Shown: piece by piece, positions 7,997 to 18,387 of the stretch
Layout of the letters: each line of letters starts with the position of its first letter
Numbering within the stretch: position 1 is the first letter of the stretch
Source: a virus
Virus record (IMG/VR): IMGVR_UViG_3300048033_000725
Coordinates: 5,037 to 69,036 of that record
DNA: 64,000 nucleotides
Direction: 5' to 3' (one strand)
The notes under the pieces: model-generated
What the model was told of the DNA's origin: nothing
The model's input: only the letters and a program-made list of their open reading frames with translations
The model's database searches: none
Made by a program: the position numbers and the translations under genes

Positions 7997-8689
7997 TTAC
8001 ACCATTGTGACATGACTTTTTACCAAAAAGTTCTCATTATTACCAATATTTGTTAGTGCATATGGGTATGTCCACACTGACGGAAATACAACCAAACGAC
8101 CAGCCTTTGCACTTACTGTATTCTGCACATCAAAAAACCCAATTTCAAAGTCATCATCTGTTGTGAGAAACCAAATGAATGTCAAGTAACGCTTCACCTG
8201 AGCAAGATTAGATACGTCAACACCGATATCTTTGTAATCGTTTTCATCACGAAACTGATACACATAGAAGTCTTCAAGCACAGATTGTTCAGGAAACTGT
8301 GATTGGTGTGGGGCAACAGATTTCGCATACACAGGCATTGTTGCTTCAACAATCTGTCTCTGAGTATATGAAACCTTTTCCCACGATGCAGACTTTTCAA
8401 TGTTGCATGATACAAAATTCTCTGTACCACTATCACGCACAATATGATTATCAGCATCTTCACGGAACAGTTTAATAATCTTATCGCAATACGACTGAGG
8501 AAGTGCATCATCAAATACTTTGATGTACTTGGTCAATCTAAAATCGACTTTAACCTCTTCTTCATCAACTGTGTCTGCAAGGTCTTCTCCAGGAAGTTCG
8601 AATTTGTCTTCTGGTGATTGTGCATCTTCTATCGGCATCTCCAGAGAGATTGCCCCACCTTTTGCGCTTGCTAAACCATTACTCTTCAT
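7997..8689 (-). CDS. 2OG-Fe(II) oxygenase-like protein with degenerate metal ligands
   Basis: YIKVFDDAL...RYLTFIWFL...AKAGRLVVFPSVWTYP matches phage 2OG oxygenases, but the HxD and distal His positions read IGVD and YPY. Confidence 0.6.
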   Translation of the reverse strand: MKSNGLASAKGGAISLEMPIEDAQSPEDKFELPGEDLADTVDEEEVKVDFRLTKYIKVFDDALPQSYCDKIIKLFREDADNHIVRDSGTENFVSCNIEKSASWEKVSYTQRQIVEATMPVYAKSVAPHQSQFPEQSVLEDFYVYQFRDENDYKDIGVDVSNLAQVKRYLTFIWFLTTDDDFEIGFFDVQNTVSAKAGRLVVFPSVWTYPYALTNIGNNENFLVKSHVTMV

Positions 8690-8864
8690 TATATTCTCCT
8701 AGTGCCATGAATGGTGGTGTTCTACCTTGAAAACCACACCCATTTTTCTGATTATGTATAAACTTTTCTGCATCCCATAAACGAAGGTTCTTAGTAATTA
8801 TCAGATTGGTATCATTCTCTACAATCCCATAAGTCCCGTCATTAAACCCCACAACATTATACAT
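8679..8864 (-). CDS. Hypothetical protein (61 aa)
   Basis: MYNVVGFNDG...GFQGRTPPFM; start re-placed at ATG 8864, overlapping the gp41 stop. Confidence 0.6.
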   Translation of the reverse strand: MYNVVGFNDGTYGIVENDTNLIITKNLRLWDAEKFIHNQKNGCGFQGRTPPFMALGEYNEE

Positions 8865-10299
8865 TGATTCCATCAAACTTTCGCCCCTTTGTCTTTCTAA
8901 GAGAATAACTCTCTTCAGCCATGCTTTCACCAAAACTACTATTGTCAAATGCTGGTCTATCGTCAGCCTTTTTACGCCCACCTCGACCAGTATCAACCAA
9001 CTCATCTTGTGCGTCTTGCTCACAGTCATAAAGACGCATCTTGCTTCTGTCTACACCAACAACAAATCGCTTATGCATGTTTGGGTCACCATAACGGTTC
9101 TTCAACTGCTTAATCATAATCTGACCAAGTTCTTCAAGTTCTTCTGTGCTAATCAAGGCAAACATAAAGTCAGCGGTGGCTGGCAGACCAAAGGATTCTG
9201 AGGTATCTTCAAGACCAACATCAGAGTTCGAAAACCCAGAGCGAGTTGTCTGAGTAGCAGACACAATGGGAACACCAAACTCAACAGCCAGACCACGCAA
9301 TTCTTCTGCAATAGACTTAATCATTGTATAAGAATTTGCATTTGCACCCGCTTTGATACGAGATGAAGCACAAATATTCAGATAGTCAATGTAGATAATG
9401 TCAGGACGAAAGTTCTTCTTCAAGTTAAGTTCATTCAACAAGTGACGAAAGTGACCTGCGTGGGCAGAAGCAGTAGGAAACTCTTTAACAACAAGTTTAC
9501 CTTGTGTCTTCTTCTGCAAACGATTGATTTTCTTATCGTACATATCTTTTGAAAGAACACCCAAATCATCAAGTGCAACATCAAGCAAGTTTGCGTCAAT
9601 ACGTTCTGCAATCTTTTCCTCTGCCATCTCCATTGTAATATAGAGAACATTTTTACCGATGTTGAGATTTGCACCTGCACAGTGACACATGAACAAAGAT
9701 TTACCAACACCAGTACCAGCAAGAGCAATATTCAATGTTTTGTTTGGTAGACCACCCTTTGTGATATCGTTCAACAACTCAAGGTCAAACGGAATCTTTT
9801 CTTCTACACGGTGATAGAAGTCAAAACGCTCATCTGACTGTTCAAGAAAATCGTGACCAATATGACTATCAAAAGAAACACCCAAAGCATCACTCAGAAT
9901 TTTAGGGATAGAACCCTTTTCTTTATCTTTCGCATTGCCGTCAAGAATTTGGATACTTTCCATTACTGCATTGTAAACCGCTTTCTCTTGACACCAGCCT
10001 TCTGTTTTTTCAAGGAGCCAGTCGAGATTTTCTTTTGTGTCTTGGGTTTGGAGGCAGGTTTCGATACTTGTGATGGCACCGCTGTATTCTGCTTCCGAAA
10101 GATTTTTCTCACCCAATGCAATGACCACAGCCTCTTTTGTAGGTAGCGCATTGTAGCGAGAAATATAATCATTAACCTCACGATAAACGACCTTCTCAAC
10201 ATTCTGGTGAAAGAATTCCTCGTTGATGAATGGGATAACTTTTCTTGCATAGTCTTCATCAATGAATAGATGCTTTAGTATCTGTTGTTCCATGCTCAT
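8857..10299 (-). CDS. 41: Replicative DNA helicase (T4 gp41)
   Basis: AGTGVGKS Walker A, YITMEM, IDYLNIC, ATQTTRSG, KQLKNRY. Confidence 0.97.
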   Translation of the reverse strand: MSMEQQILKHLFIDEDYARKVIPFINEEFFHQNVEKVVYREVNDYISRYNALPTKEAVVIALGEKNLSEAEYSGAITSIETCLQTQDTKENLDWLLEKTEGWCQEKAVYNAVMESIQILDGNAKDKEKGSIPKILSDALGVSFDSHIGHDFLEQSDERFDFYHRVEEKIPFDLELLNDITKGGLPNKTLNIALAGTGVGKSLFMCHCAGANLNIGKNVLYITMEMAEEKIAERIDANLLDVALDDLGVLSKDMYDKKINRLQKKTQGKLVVKEFPTASAHAGHFRHLLNELNLKKNFRPDIIYIDYLNICASSRIKAGANANSYTMIKSIAEELRGLAVEFGVPIVSATQTTRSGFSNSDVGLEDTSESFGLPATADFMFALISTEELEELGQIMIKQLKNRYGDPNMHKRFVVGVDRSKMRLYDCEQDAQDELVDTGRGGRKKADDRPAFDNSSFGESMAEESYSLRKTKGRKFDGINV

Positions 10300-10627
10300 T
10301 TTTTGATTTATGCTCCAGTTCGTTTTCCATAATATCTACAAGAATATCACCTAGCATATTCTCGAATTCATAATATTCTTCGTCTTCAACCTCTGCTTCA
10401 TCCAGATGTGGAGGTAAAGTAATAATATCATAATCAAACGCCAATGTCAAGGGCGCATCTGGACCAGCATCCTCTTCTGCTTCAGTGAAACCAACTTTAC
10501 CATATCGAAACACTACATCAGCCCAATCACCCTGCAGGATTCTAATGTGCATTTCGTCACCCTCAGGTCCATAAACGAAATCATACAGCCCTTCAGTGTC
10601 GTAAACACCATCATCATACTTCCTCAT
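10259..10627 (-). CDS. Acidic hypothetical protein at the gp40 position
   Basis: 122-aa ORF between uvsX and 41; function suggested by synteny only. Confidence 0.6.
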   Translation of the reverse strand: MRKYDDGVYDTEGLYDFVYGPEGDEMHIRILQGDWADVVFRYGKVGFTEAEEDAGPDAPLTLAFDYDIITLPPHLDEAEVEDEEYYEFENMLGDILVDIMENELEHKSKNEHGTTDTKASIH

Positions 10628-11696
10628 TATCGACTACCTCATCAAGTTCTGCCATCTCTTCATCAAGTTCTTCTTCAGAAGGTTTACCATACAAGAATGT
10701 CTTACCAACATGCTTTTCTAGTTGTTGCAGTACATCGTCAGTGAAATACTTCTCTGGGTTCTGGTTGATTGATTTACCAAACTGCTTTGAACCATCTGGG
10801 AGTTCATATCGTGTTGATACTTTCTTAAAGATGCCTGCTTCTTCGGCAAGTTCAAGCAAACCGTAATAACGATTTAGACCTTCATCATATGTCAACAGAA
10901 CTTCTACAAGTTTGTTTTCTTTCGTCAAACGTGACTTGTGGTTTGCAACTTTAATGATGTTACCAACAATCTCATTACCATCTTTCTCTTTCTTCTTTGA
11001 CAAGAACAAGATATTAGATGCCGCATACTTCAGACCAGAACCACCAGACATTTCTTTCATTGGGACATATGAACCAATGACTGCATATGTGTGATTGGTA
11101 ATCAGCATGGGTACTTTTGCACGACCAAGTTTCAATGTGAGTGTGCGGAAGATGCCACGAATTTTAGGTGCCCGTGTCATATCACGCTTATCTGAACCAC
11201 TTTCTGTGTCAGTCATTTCTTTGACTGTTGAAAGCATACCAAGACTATCAAGCACAATCAAAATAGGTTGCCGTTGACTTTCTGGTTGCTCAAGGTACTT
11301 ATCAAGTGTCTTAACTGCTTGAGTACCAAACTCCTCGATTGTTGCAACAGGCACCATTGCGATACGTTTTGTATCAATACCACGTTCACTAATCATTTTC
11401 TTTGTCAAAGCACTTTCGGATTCAAAGTAAATCACACCACCATCTGGATGGTCATTCAAAAACTGCTGTACTGCACCTAGAACGAAAAAAGTTTTACCAG
11501 TTGCACTTTCGCCTGCAAAAGCAGTAATTTTATTGTTTGGAATCCCACCAAACAAACTTCCCGATACAAGAGCATTAAGCACATAACTGCCAGTATCAAT
11601 ATATCCATCTACGTCTCCCGCTACGATTCCATCTTCTACAATTCCTGCGAATTCATTACCAATAGTCTTACCAAGACCGCTAAGAAAATCACTCAT
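10614..11696 (-). CDS. uvsX: RecA-like recombinase UvsX
   Basis: [31 protein letters not shown]. Confidence 0.96.
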   Translation of the reverse strand: MSDFLSGLGKTIGNEFAGIVEDGIVAGDVDGYIDTGSYVLNALVSGSLFGGIPNNKITAFAGESATGKTFFVLGAVQQFLNDHPDGGVIYFESESALTKKMISERGIDTKRIAMVPVATIEEFGTQAVKTLDKYLEQPESQRQPILIVLDSLGMLSTVKEMTDTESGSDKRDMTRAPKIRGIFRTLTLKLGRAKVPMLITNHTYAVIGSYVPMKEMSGGSGLKYAASNILFLSKKKEKDGNEIVGNIIKVANHKSRLTKENKLVEVLLTYDEGLNRYYGLLELAEEAGIFKKVSTRYELPDGSKQFGKSINQNPEKYFTDDVLQQLEKHVGKTFLYGKPSEEELDEEMAELDEVVDNEEV

Positions 11697-11732
11697 ATAA
11701 TATACTCCATTGTTTTGGTTAATATATGATAC

Positions 11733-11761
11733 ATTATACCCTATAACGTATCAAATGTCAA
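11733..11761 (-). promoter_or_regulatory. sigma70-type promoter for uvsX
   Basis: Perfect TTGACA-17-TATAAT with upstream A-tracts. Confidence 0.9.
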
Positions 11762-11795
11762 GTAAAATCTACATTGTTTTTAGATTTTTTTTTCA

Positions 11796-12254
11796 TCAAC
11801 CTTCCATCTCTCGGATTGCCTGATTTATTTCGTCACTTGTAATGACACCCTCACGCAATAGTTTCTGTCTGTTTGCTTCATGCTTCAAAGCAATCTCTTC
11901 TTTGCTTCCGCCGAAGTATGCAACAGCGTGACCTTCTTCAATAAGAATGTCTGTTACTTTCGTATCTTCAATTTCAAAGTCACCTAGAATACGTCCAAAC
12001 TTACCTTTGGCGTCATACTCTTCTACGACTAGAACTTGCATACTACCAATTGGGAGTAAATCTTTAAGTTTTTGCTTTGAAGCCAATCCGAAAAGTTTTT
12101 CGACTTTATCTCTGGTTCGACTTTCAGGTGTGTCGATTCCCATAATTCGCACTCGCTCCTTATGGAGCCACACCCCGAAACCAAGGTCAATGTCAACATC
12201 AACAGTGTCCCCATCAACAATCCTTTTAATTTTGACATGATATTTGTATTCCAA
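11796..12254 (-). CDS. Thermonuclease (SNase-like)
   Basis: IVDGDTVD, RIMGIDTPE, GKFGRILG; TTG start. Confidence 0.9.
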   Translation of the reverse strand: MEYKYHVKIKRIVDGDTVDVDIDLGFGVWLHKERVRIMGIDTPESRTRDKVEKLFGLASKQKLKDLLPIGSMQVLVVEEYDAKGKFGRILGDFEIEDTKVTDILIEEGHAVAYFGGSKEEIALKHEANRQKLLREGVITSDEINQAIREMEG

Positions 12255-12255
12255 T

Positions 12256-13542
12256 TTACTGTTCCTTCTTTGCTCTCAGTTCTGGGTAGTTTCTATCGTC
12301 CTTAACATCAGTCGGATATGAAACAAAATTAAACTCCGCCGTCTTTTCATCATATTGGACTTCAACATCAGCGTCTTTTACTTTGACGACCTTTTCTTCT
12401 GTAACCACAACTGTATCATTTTTAGACGGTGCTTCAACTGCTTCGTCCTGTCGTGTTCCAGACATGCTTTGATTAACTTGTTTTGACGTTTCTCTATCTT
12501 CTTGTCTATCCCCATCTTTCCTCCTTACATGACCGTGATTAGATGCAATCAATAGCAAAACAGCAAGCGGGTCGAATACGAATATCAATAGCAATATTAC
12601 AATTCTTACTGCATCATCTAGTTTTGCTTCAGCCTCTGCTCCATACATTAACTCAGAGATATATTTGACTGGACCAAACTCTGCTTCCAGTTTTCTAAAC
12701 TCTGTTTCAAACTCAAACTTTTGTTCTTGTAGTGTTAATACTTGTGTCTGTAACTGTCCGATTTGTTCTGCGTCTACAACTATTGTTCCGATTTCAGCCT
12801 GCAACCGTCGGTTTGCTTCCGCAAGCGAACTAATTTCAGAAAGTTGCAAGTCACGCAACTCTGCAATTCTACTCCTGGCTTCCGACACAATTCGTTCGGA
12901 TGCTTGCGTCTCCCGTTCTCTGAATGCTTCAACCCTTCTGGCAGTACCAGACCCAAACTCGCCATCTACTTTCGCTCCTACAAGTGCTTGTATTTTTCTT
13001 ACATCATTCGCTTCAATATATTTGTCTAGCAAATTCAAGTTTTGCTGTGCATCTGCAATGTAACTATTTTGTTCTTCAATAAGTTCTACATATCGTACAT
13101 TGATATCATCAATCTGTTTCTCATTGTTTACAATTTGGGCGTTTTGTTTCTCATTGTTTACAGAACCTGCTTCTTGCAGTGTTTGAATTCGTGTTTCTTT
13201 TTGAACAATTTCATCTTCAATTCTTTCGATGGTCGCCTGATTTTGGTCTGCTTTTGCTGTTTGTTCAATATGTGCTTTACTTAAAAAACCAAAAATACCC
13301 ATGCTGGTAATCAACATGAGTACAACAACTGCGGCTGTCAAGTAGGTCTTTAACCACCAACTTATGTCTTTCCAATTTCGGTACAACCAAGTTGCAGTGA
13401 CAAGTTTCCCTATCTCAAGCACAGTACCCATAATCGCAACTGGAATTACAGAAGCCGCAAAGATAGTTATTAGACCAATAATGGAATAGTATGCGGCGAC
13501 TGCTGAAATAGAAATCGCAACTAAAAATACTAGTATCGTCAT
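12256..13542 (-). CDS. Membrane protein with long coiled coil
   Basis: Three N-terminal hydrophobic segments, coiled coil, C-terminal TM (IFVFDPLAVLLLIA). Start moved to ATG 13542 after a GAGG RBS. Confidence 0.75.
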   Translation of the reverse strand: MTILVFLVAISISAVAAYYSIIGLITIFAASVIPVAIMGTVLEIGKLVTATWLYRNWKDISWWLKTYLTAAVVVLMLITSMGIFGFLSKAHIEQTAKADQNQATIERIEDEIVQKETRIQTLQEAGSVNNEKQNAQIVNNEKQIDDINVRYVELIEEQNSYIADAQQNLNLLDKYIEANDVRKIQALVGAKVDGEFGSGTARRVEAFRERETQASERIVSEARSRIAELRDLQLSEISSLAEANRRLQAEIGTIVVDAEQIGQLQTQVLTLQEQKFEFETEFRKLEAEFGPVKYISELMYGAEAEAKLDDAVRIVILLLIFVFDPLAVLLLIASNHGHVRRKDGDRQEDRETSKQVNQSMSGTRQDEAVEAPSKNDTVVVTEEKVVKVKDADVEVQYDEKTAEFNFVSYPTDVKDDRNYPELRAKKEQ

Positions 13543-13546
13543 TTTA

Positions 13547-13939
13547 TCATCCTCGAGTGATTGCAAGCAACTTGTCGATTTGTGCTTGAATTGCAGGACC
13601 TCTGTCTTCCCACTTGATATATTCTTTGTCTGCGGTTTTCAGAAGTTTTACGAGTAGAGGCATAATAAGTTTTTCAACATCTTCAAGTTTTTCTTTTACA
13701 TCTTGCTCAACTTCTAATTTACGCTGTTCAATTTCTTGAGATTGCCCAGCCATTGCATCAAGCAACATATCAATCTTACCCTCAAGGCGAGAAACGCCTT
13801 CAGTGGTACCCGCAACTGCTTCTGCAACTGCGGATGCTGTTTCAGCATCTTGTTCTACTCTTTTAACTTCACTCTCATCAACTGCACTGAAACCAAAATC
13901 AATTGACGTATCTAAATATTCCTGAGGTATGTTTGACAT
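13547..13939 (-). CDS. Conserved hypothetical protein
   Basis: DFGFSAVDE...LIMPLL...KEYIKW; directly downstream of gp43. Confidence 0.7.
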   Translation of the reverse strand: MSNIPQEYLDTSIDFGFSAVDESEVKRVEQDAETASAVAEAVAGTTEGVSRLEGKIDMLLDAMAGQSQEIEQRKLEVEQDVKEKLEDVEKLIMPLLVKLLKTADKEYIKWEDRGPAIQAQIDKLLAITRG

Positions 13940-16455
13940 TACCAGAAGTCCTCCAATGATAGACCGGGACGCTCAGAATGCCAGCCGATTGCCGAAAGGA
14001 TTGTCTGAAGTGGTTCGACATACGCTTTACTGAATTGCAAATCATAATCGACATACTTATGCAGACCCATCTCTTTGGGCAATGAAGAAGGAAAAGAAAC
14101 CACGTTCTGCATTGAAGGATTTGGTTCTTTCATATAGCAGAATTTAATCTTTTCGCCTTCTTGTACGACTGGATATCTACGGTCCAGTTTTTGTTCTTTT
14201 AGCATATGGTTATAAGAAAGAGCGCCTCTAACATGAATAGGCGTACCCTTAGTAAAAATGGTTATGCTACTCTTGTATTTAGACAACCCGTTAACCCCAC
14301 GAGGAAATGCAATATCTTCTGGACCAAGAGTTTGAAATTCTTCTTTGAAGTTTGCAATAAAGTCTTGTACATCATGCTCAGTACCCTGCATGATAATTTT
14401 AAGAGCCTCTTTAATCTTGTCACGGCAGACTGAAGGCGTAGACGATTTTACTGCTTCGATGCCCATGATTTTGAGTTTAGGTTCTTCAAAACGAACACCC
14501 TCAATATCCCAAGCGTTTAGAATGTACCTTTTCTTTGCAGTCCAGATGCCCTTATCAGCGATAACCTCTCTCGCCATTTGCATCTTTTGGTCATATGCAT
14601 TCACATAATCAGCAAGACTTTGATAACTTTTATCAATAAAAGGTTCAATTTTCTGTGTAGCAACTTTGTCCAAGAAAGATACCACTTTGTTCTTGTAGTC
14701 GTTTTCCGATAAATCTCCTCGGTCCGTAAACACTTTATCAACCAACTTGTCAAAGCGGATGTATACCGAATCGGTATCCGAGGCAACAACGAAATCTTCA
14801 TCTTTAGTCTCCAATAATTTATTCATGTATTCATTGATTGCTCTTTCAATCCAACGAATACTAACTTGACCTGACATAGTAATTGCTTCTGCCATACGCA
14901 AATCGTAGTGACGGAAATATTGATTACCAATCGCACCATAAGCAGAGTTCAACTGAATTTTCTTTGCCATCTGCGTATTATTATATGTAGACACCTTATA
15001 TTCAAGTTCTCTTCTTCGGTCTGCGTTTTTCTCAGTCTGAAGTTCAGATTGTGCTTCAAGCATCATTTTCTTGTAACGCTTGCGGTCATCATACATTCTT
15101 TGCATCATCGCAGGCAAGAAACCCTGCTCATCAGTTCTAAACATAGCGCCATTTGCACAGATAGTTTTATCTGTAAGGTGTGATAAGTCAACTTCTTTGG
15201 CAAGAAGTTTATCAACAGACACATCCATACGCTCATCTTGTACGAGAGTTTCTGGAGAAATATTGTATTGCATAATCAAGTGAGGATATAGAGAGTTCAA
15301 GTCAAAACTCATCATCCACTTATGTTGACCTACTTGTGGGTCTTTTACATATGCACCAGCATATTTTTCGTTCTTCGAAACAGATTTCTTGTCGGGTAGA
15401 ACAATGTGATTATCACGCAAGTGGTTGAAAATAAGAGTATCCCACATACGCACCTGAGAAAACACATCATTGATATTCACCTTGGCGTCATACGCAAGAC
15501 CAACGACCATCTCAATAAGTTTCATCTTCTCTTCAAGTTTATCAACAAGTTCAACGTCTTTGATGTTGTATTCAATATACTTTTGAAAGTCTGTCTTATA
15601 CAATTGGTGAAGTGTTTCGACTTCTGAATAGTCAAGTTTACGTTCACCAAGTTCAACGTGAGCAATATAGTCTAGGCGATAACTCTCTTGGTTCGTGTAT
15701 GTAAACTTCTTATACAGTTCAATGTAATCAAGTACAGAGATGCCTGGCAGGTCATAGGTGTACAGAGTTCTACCCATCAGAGTGACTTTCCGTTCACCAA
15801 CGATTTTCCACGGAGAAAGACGTTTAGCATCTTTCTCACCCATCACTTTACAGATACGATTGTAGAGATATGGAATATCAAAGAACTGGACGTTCCAGCC
15901 AGTCAGAATATCAGGCGCAACACCTTCCCACAAATCAAGGAACAGCCGACACATTTCATACTCATCATCACACTTGATATAATCGACATTGGTATATGCG
16001 CTAGGGTCAAACTCACCACAGCCAAGAACAAAGTATTTACCTTTCGCCTTGAATGTGATTGCTGTTAGAGGTTCTTTTGCTTCATCTGGGTCTGGGAAAC
16101 CATTCTCAGAACCCACCTCAATATCAATGTTTGCGATAACAAGGCGGTCTTTGGAATACTCAATTACACCACGATATTCGTCAGAGATATAGCAATATGT
16201 GTAGTTTTGATAACCGTAGATATCAAAGCCTTCTACGTCTTGATACTGCTTAACCCAGTCACGGGTATCTCTGATACCACCAGGCTGAATGGGAGCAACA
16301 TACTTACCGTCAAGTGTCGTATGCTTAGTGGGTTTCTTTGAAGGAATAAACAGAGTTGGTTTGTACGGCAGACGATACTGCTTTCTTTCACCCCGGTCAT
16401 ATTCTCTTACCAGAAGGTTATCACCGACAACTTGTACGTTAGTATAAAATCTCAT
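13939..16455 (-). CDS. 43: Family B DNA polymerase (T4 gp43)
   Basis: DIEV exonuclease motif, SFDLNSLYPH, KIQLNSAYG, DTDS, KKRY. Confidence 0.98.
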   Translation of the reverse strand: MRFYTNVQVVGDNLLVREYDRGERKQYRLPYKPTLFIPSKKPTKHTTLDGKYVAPIQPGGIRDTRDWVKQYQDVEGFDIYGYQNYTYCYISDEYRGVIEYSKDRLVIANIDIEVGSENGFPDPDEAKEPLTAITFKAKGKYFVLGCGEFDPSAYTNVDYIKCDDEYEMCRLFLDLWEGVAPDILTGWNVQFFDIPYLYNRICKVMGEKDAKRLSPWKIVGERKVTLMGRTLYTYDLPGISVLDYIELYKKFTYTNQESYRLDYIAHVELGERKLDYSEVETLHQLYKTDFQKYIEYNIKDVELVDKLEEKMKLIEMVVGLAYDAKVNINDVFSQVRMWDTLIFNHLRDNHIVLPDKKSVSKNEKYAGAYVKDPQVGQHKWMMSFDLNSLYPHLIMQYNISPETLVQDERMDVSVDKLLAKEVDLSHLTDKTICANGAMFRTDEQGFLPAMMQRMYDDRKRYKKMMLEAQSELQTEKNADRRRELEYKVSTYNNTQMAKKIQLNSAYGAIGNQYFRHYDLRMAEAITMSGQVSIRWIERAINEYMNKLLETKDEDFVVASDTDSVYIRFDKLVDKVFTDRGDLSENDYKNKVVSFLDKVATQKIEPFIDKSYQSLADYVNAYDQKMQMAREVIADKGIWTAKKRYILNAWDIEGVRFEEPKLKIMGIEAVKSSTPSVCRDKIKEALKIIMQGTEHDVQDFIANFKEEFQTLGPEDIAFPRGVNGLSKYKSSITIFTKGTPIHVRGALSYNHMLKEQKLDRRYPVVQEGEKIKFCYMKEPNPSMQNVVSFPSSLPKEMGLHKYVDYDLQFSKAYVEPLQTILSAIGWHSERPGLSLEDFW

Positions 16456-16732
16456 TATTAATAATTCTCACAGTCTTATCTTGAAGGGTTTCGTCAACTA
16501 CTACTTGGCAACTTAGACGACTATTATACTCCACATTGTCTGCAATGTCAAGGGTAAATTTTTCGTCATCTGAAGGAGGTTCGATTGGCGGGTCTATCTT
16601 AACGTGACATGTAGAGCATATATTCTCTCCACCACAGTCACCCATGACACCAAGGGCAAGCATAAGATTGTCTCCTATGCTTGCCTCTGCTTGTATTTTC
16701 TCACCATTTCTAATAATATAAAATGTCACCAT
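16439..16732 (-). CDS. 2Fe-2S ferredoxin (adrenodoxin/ISC type)
   Basis: CGGENICSTCH...SRLSCQ. Confidence 0.88.
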   Translation of the reverse strand: MVTFYIIRNGEKIQAEASIGDNLMLALGVMGDCGGENICSTCHVKIDPPIEPPSDDEKFTLDIADNVEYNSRLSCQVVVDETLQDKTVRIINNEILY

Positions 16733-17019
16733 TAAATGATAAGTTCTTTCGTTGGCGGAGTAATAAGTCCGCTACCGAAGTTGGCGTTATACTCTTTAAC
16801 CAATTCATCAACAGGTTCACCTTTAAATACGATATTCGCACTATCAATAGATACACCTTCATCAGACTGCGTACCTTTAACATACGGCATCCACGGCATA
16901 ATTGCAATTCCACCCTGTTGGTTTGGGATTAGACATGCAACTTTACTGTATTTGCCAAGTTTAGTTTCTTTTGTAATAAGTTCTTCACCTGTAGTCAGGC
17001 GTAGTAGTACAACACTCAT
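16732..17019 (-). CDS. Conserved hypothetical protein (Sm-like fold suspected)
   Basis: LLRLTTGEELI...MPWMPY pattern typical of small T4-like phage proteins. Confidence 0.65.
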   Translation of the reverse strand: MSVVLLRLTTGEELITKETKLGKYSKVACLIPNQQGGIAIMPWMPYVKGTQSDEGVSIDSANIVFKGEPVDELVKEYNANFGSGLITPPTKELII

Positions 17020-17028
17020 AATATTTCC

Positions 17029-17901
17029 TTAATCAAATAGTTTATCAAATGTGGCGGGACCTGCAATACCATCTGCTACAAGACCGTTTTCACCTTGCCA
17101 CTTTTTCAATGCTCTTTCAGTGCCTGGACCAAAGTCGCCGTCTGCACTAATACCCAACGCTTCTTGCATCAACTTGACGCCTTCACCCTTAGAACCTTTG
17201 CGTAGTACACCAATGTCATCAAGAATATCTTGAATGTCATCATCGGTCTCCGTTTTCAAAACAGTATCCATACCCAAAATGCGTAGTGCATTACTATAAC
17301 GCTTCTGTCGGTCTTCTAGTCCAATCGAACCACCATTGATTTTCTTGGTCATGCGCTTAACATCGTCTGTGTCTGCAATGGCGTTTAGTTTGTTTGTGTC
17401 CCAAAACCAACATGCACTTTCGATAGCGCCAGCAGGTGTTGCAACATATTCTGCCGCTTCTTCTGCCGTCATACCGATGCTTTTACCAAAGCGGGTGTAG
17501 TTCTCACGCCCTGTAAGTTGCTTTAGACCACGACCACGGAAACGCCAGCCATCACCTTCTTGTGTGTTGCCCATCTTGTACTTACGGAATTCATCCATGT
17601 AAACATAGTTAGCAATCATTTCGGGTTTGCGGTGATACTCATCTGCATCACGCTTTGGTGCTGGACCAAAGTAACGTCCAAACACTGCACGAAGAGATTT
17701 TGCGCTATAGTTAAGATTTTCTTCTAGTCGTTTGAATCCACCACTTTCGTGGGCGCACTGACTTAGAAAGTGTGCTACACGGCGTTCAGTTGTAATGCCG
17801 TATTTTGGTAGCAGTTCGCATAGAGCATCATACCAGTTGTCTGGGTTATCTGAAATAATCTCCCCAAGATGCTCTTTAGTAAATTCGAATTGAAAACTCA
17901 T
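17029..17901 (-). CDS. GH19 endolysin with C-terminal peptidoglycan-binding domain
   Basis: FLSQCAHES, EENLNYS, RGRGLKQLTG, TKKINGG; C-terminal DGDFGPGT...DGIAGPAT. Confidence 0.93.
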   Translation of the reverse strand: MSFQFEFTKEHLGEIISDNPDNWYDALCELLPKYGITTERRVAHFLSQCAHESGGFKRLEENLNYSAKSLRAVFGRYFGPAPKRDADEYHRKPEMIANYVYMDEFRKYKMGNTQEGDGWRFRGRGLKQLTGRENYTRFGKSIGMTAEEAAEYVATPAGAIESACWFWDTNKLNAIADTDDVKRMTKKINGGSIGLEDRQKRYSNALRILGMDTVLKTETDDDIQDILDDIGVLRKGSKGEGVKLMQEALGISADGDFGPGTERALKKWQGENGLVADGIAGPATFDKLFD

Positions 17902-17923
17902 TTTCTCACCTTTTCTTTACATT

Positions 17924-17956
17924 AAAAGAAAGGGTAGCAAGAACACTACCCTTCCC
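17924..17956 (-). terminator. Rho-independent terminator after hsp20
   Basis: AAGGGTAG...CTACCCTT followed by TCTTTT. Confidence 0.65.
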
Positions 17957-17961
17957 AATTC

Positions 17962-18387
17962 TTAATCCAAAATAGCAATCTTCTTAGGCTTCTGTGCTTC
18001 TGGCACAAACTCCTCAAGTAGAATTCGAAGCATACCATCTTTTAGGTCTGCACTCTTAACTTCTACATTATCTGCAATTTTGAATTTATGATTGAATCCA
18101 CGTTTAGCAATTCCTCGATGAATCCATTGAACATTGTTAGCGTCATCTTCAAGAGGGTTTCCAGGATTACCAGATACCTCAAGAGTATTCTTAACAAGTT
18201 CAATATCAATAGAACCTTTGCTAAAGCCAGCAACTGCCATTTCAATCAAATACTGATTTTCGGTTTTGCTGACGTTGTATGGTGGGTATGTTACTTTTTT
18301 AGTTTGGGCACCCTTTTGAATACGTTCAATATCATCAAATAGGGTTCCGATACCGTCTACAAAAAACGGGTCTATTAGTCTTGTCAT
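17962..18387 (-). CDS. Small heat-shock protein (Hsp20/IbpA-like)
   Basis: YPPYN, IEMAVAGF, HRGIAKR, DGMLRI. Confidence 0.95.
   Translation of the reverse strand: MTRLIDPFFVDGIGTLFDDIERIQKGAQTKKVTYPPYNVSKTENQYLIEMAVAGFSKGSIDIELVKNTLEVSGNPGNPLEDDANNVQWIHRGIAKRGFNHKFKIADNVEVKSADLKDGMLRILLEEFVPEAQKPKKIAILD

Noticed and set aside
8865-9029. N-terminal extensions in the ORF track (also 6844-6885, 13543-13566, 23067-23102, 25506-25526, 28773-28928, 40141-40155)
   Set aside because: They overlap upstream genes or promoters; downstream ATGs have better RBS and context.
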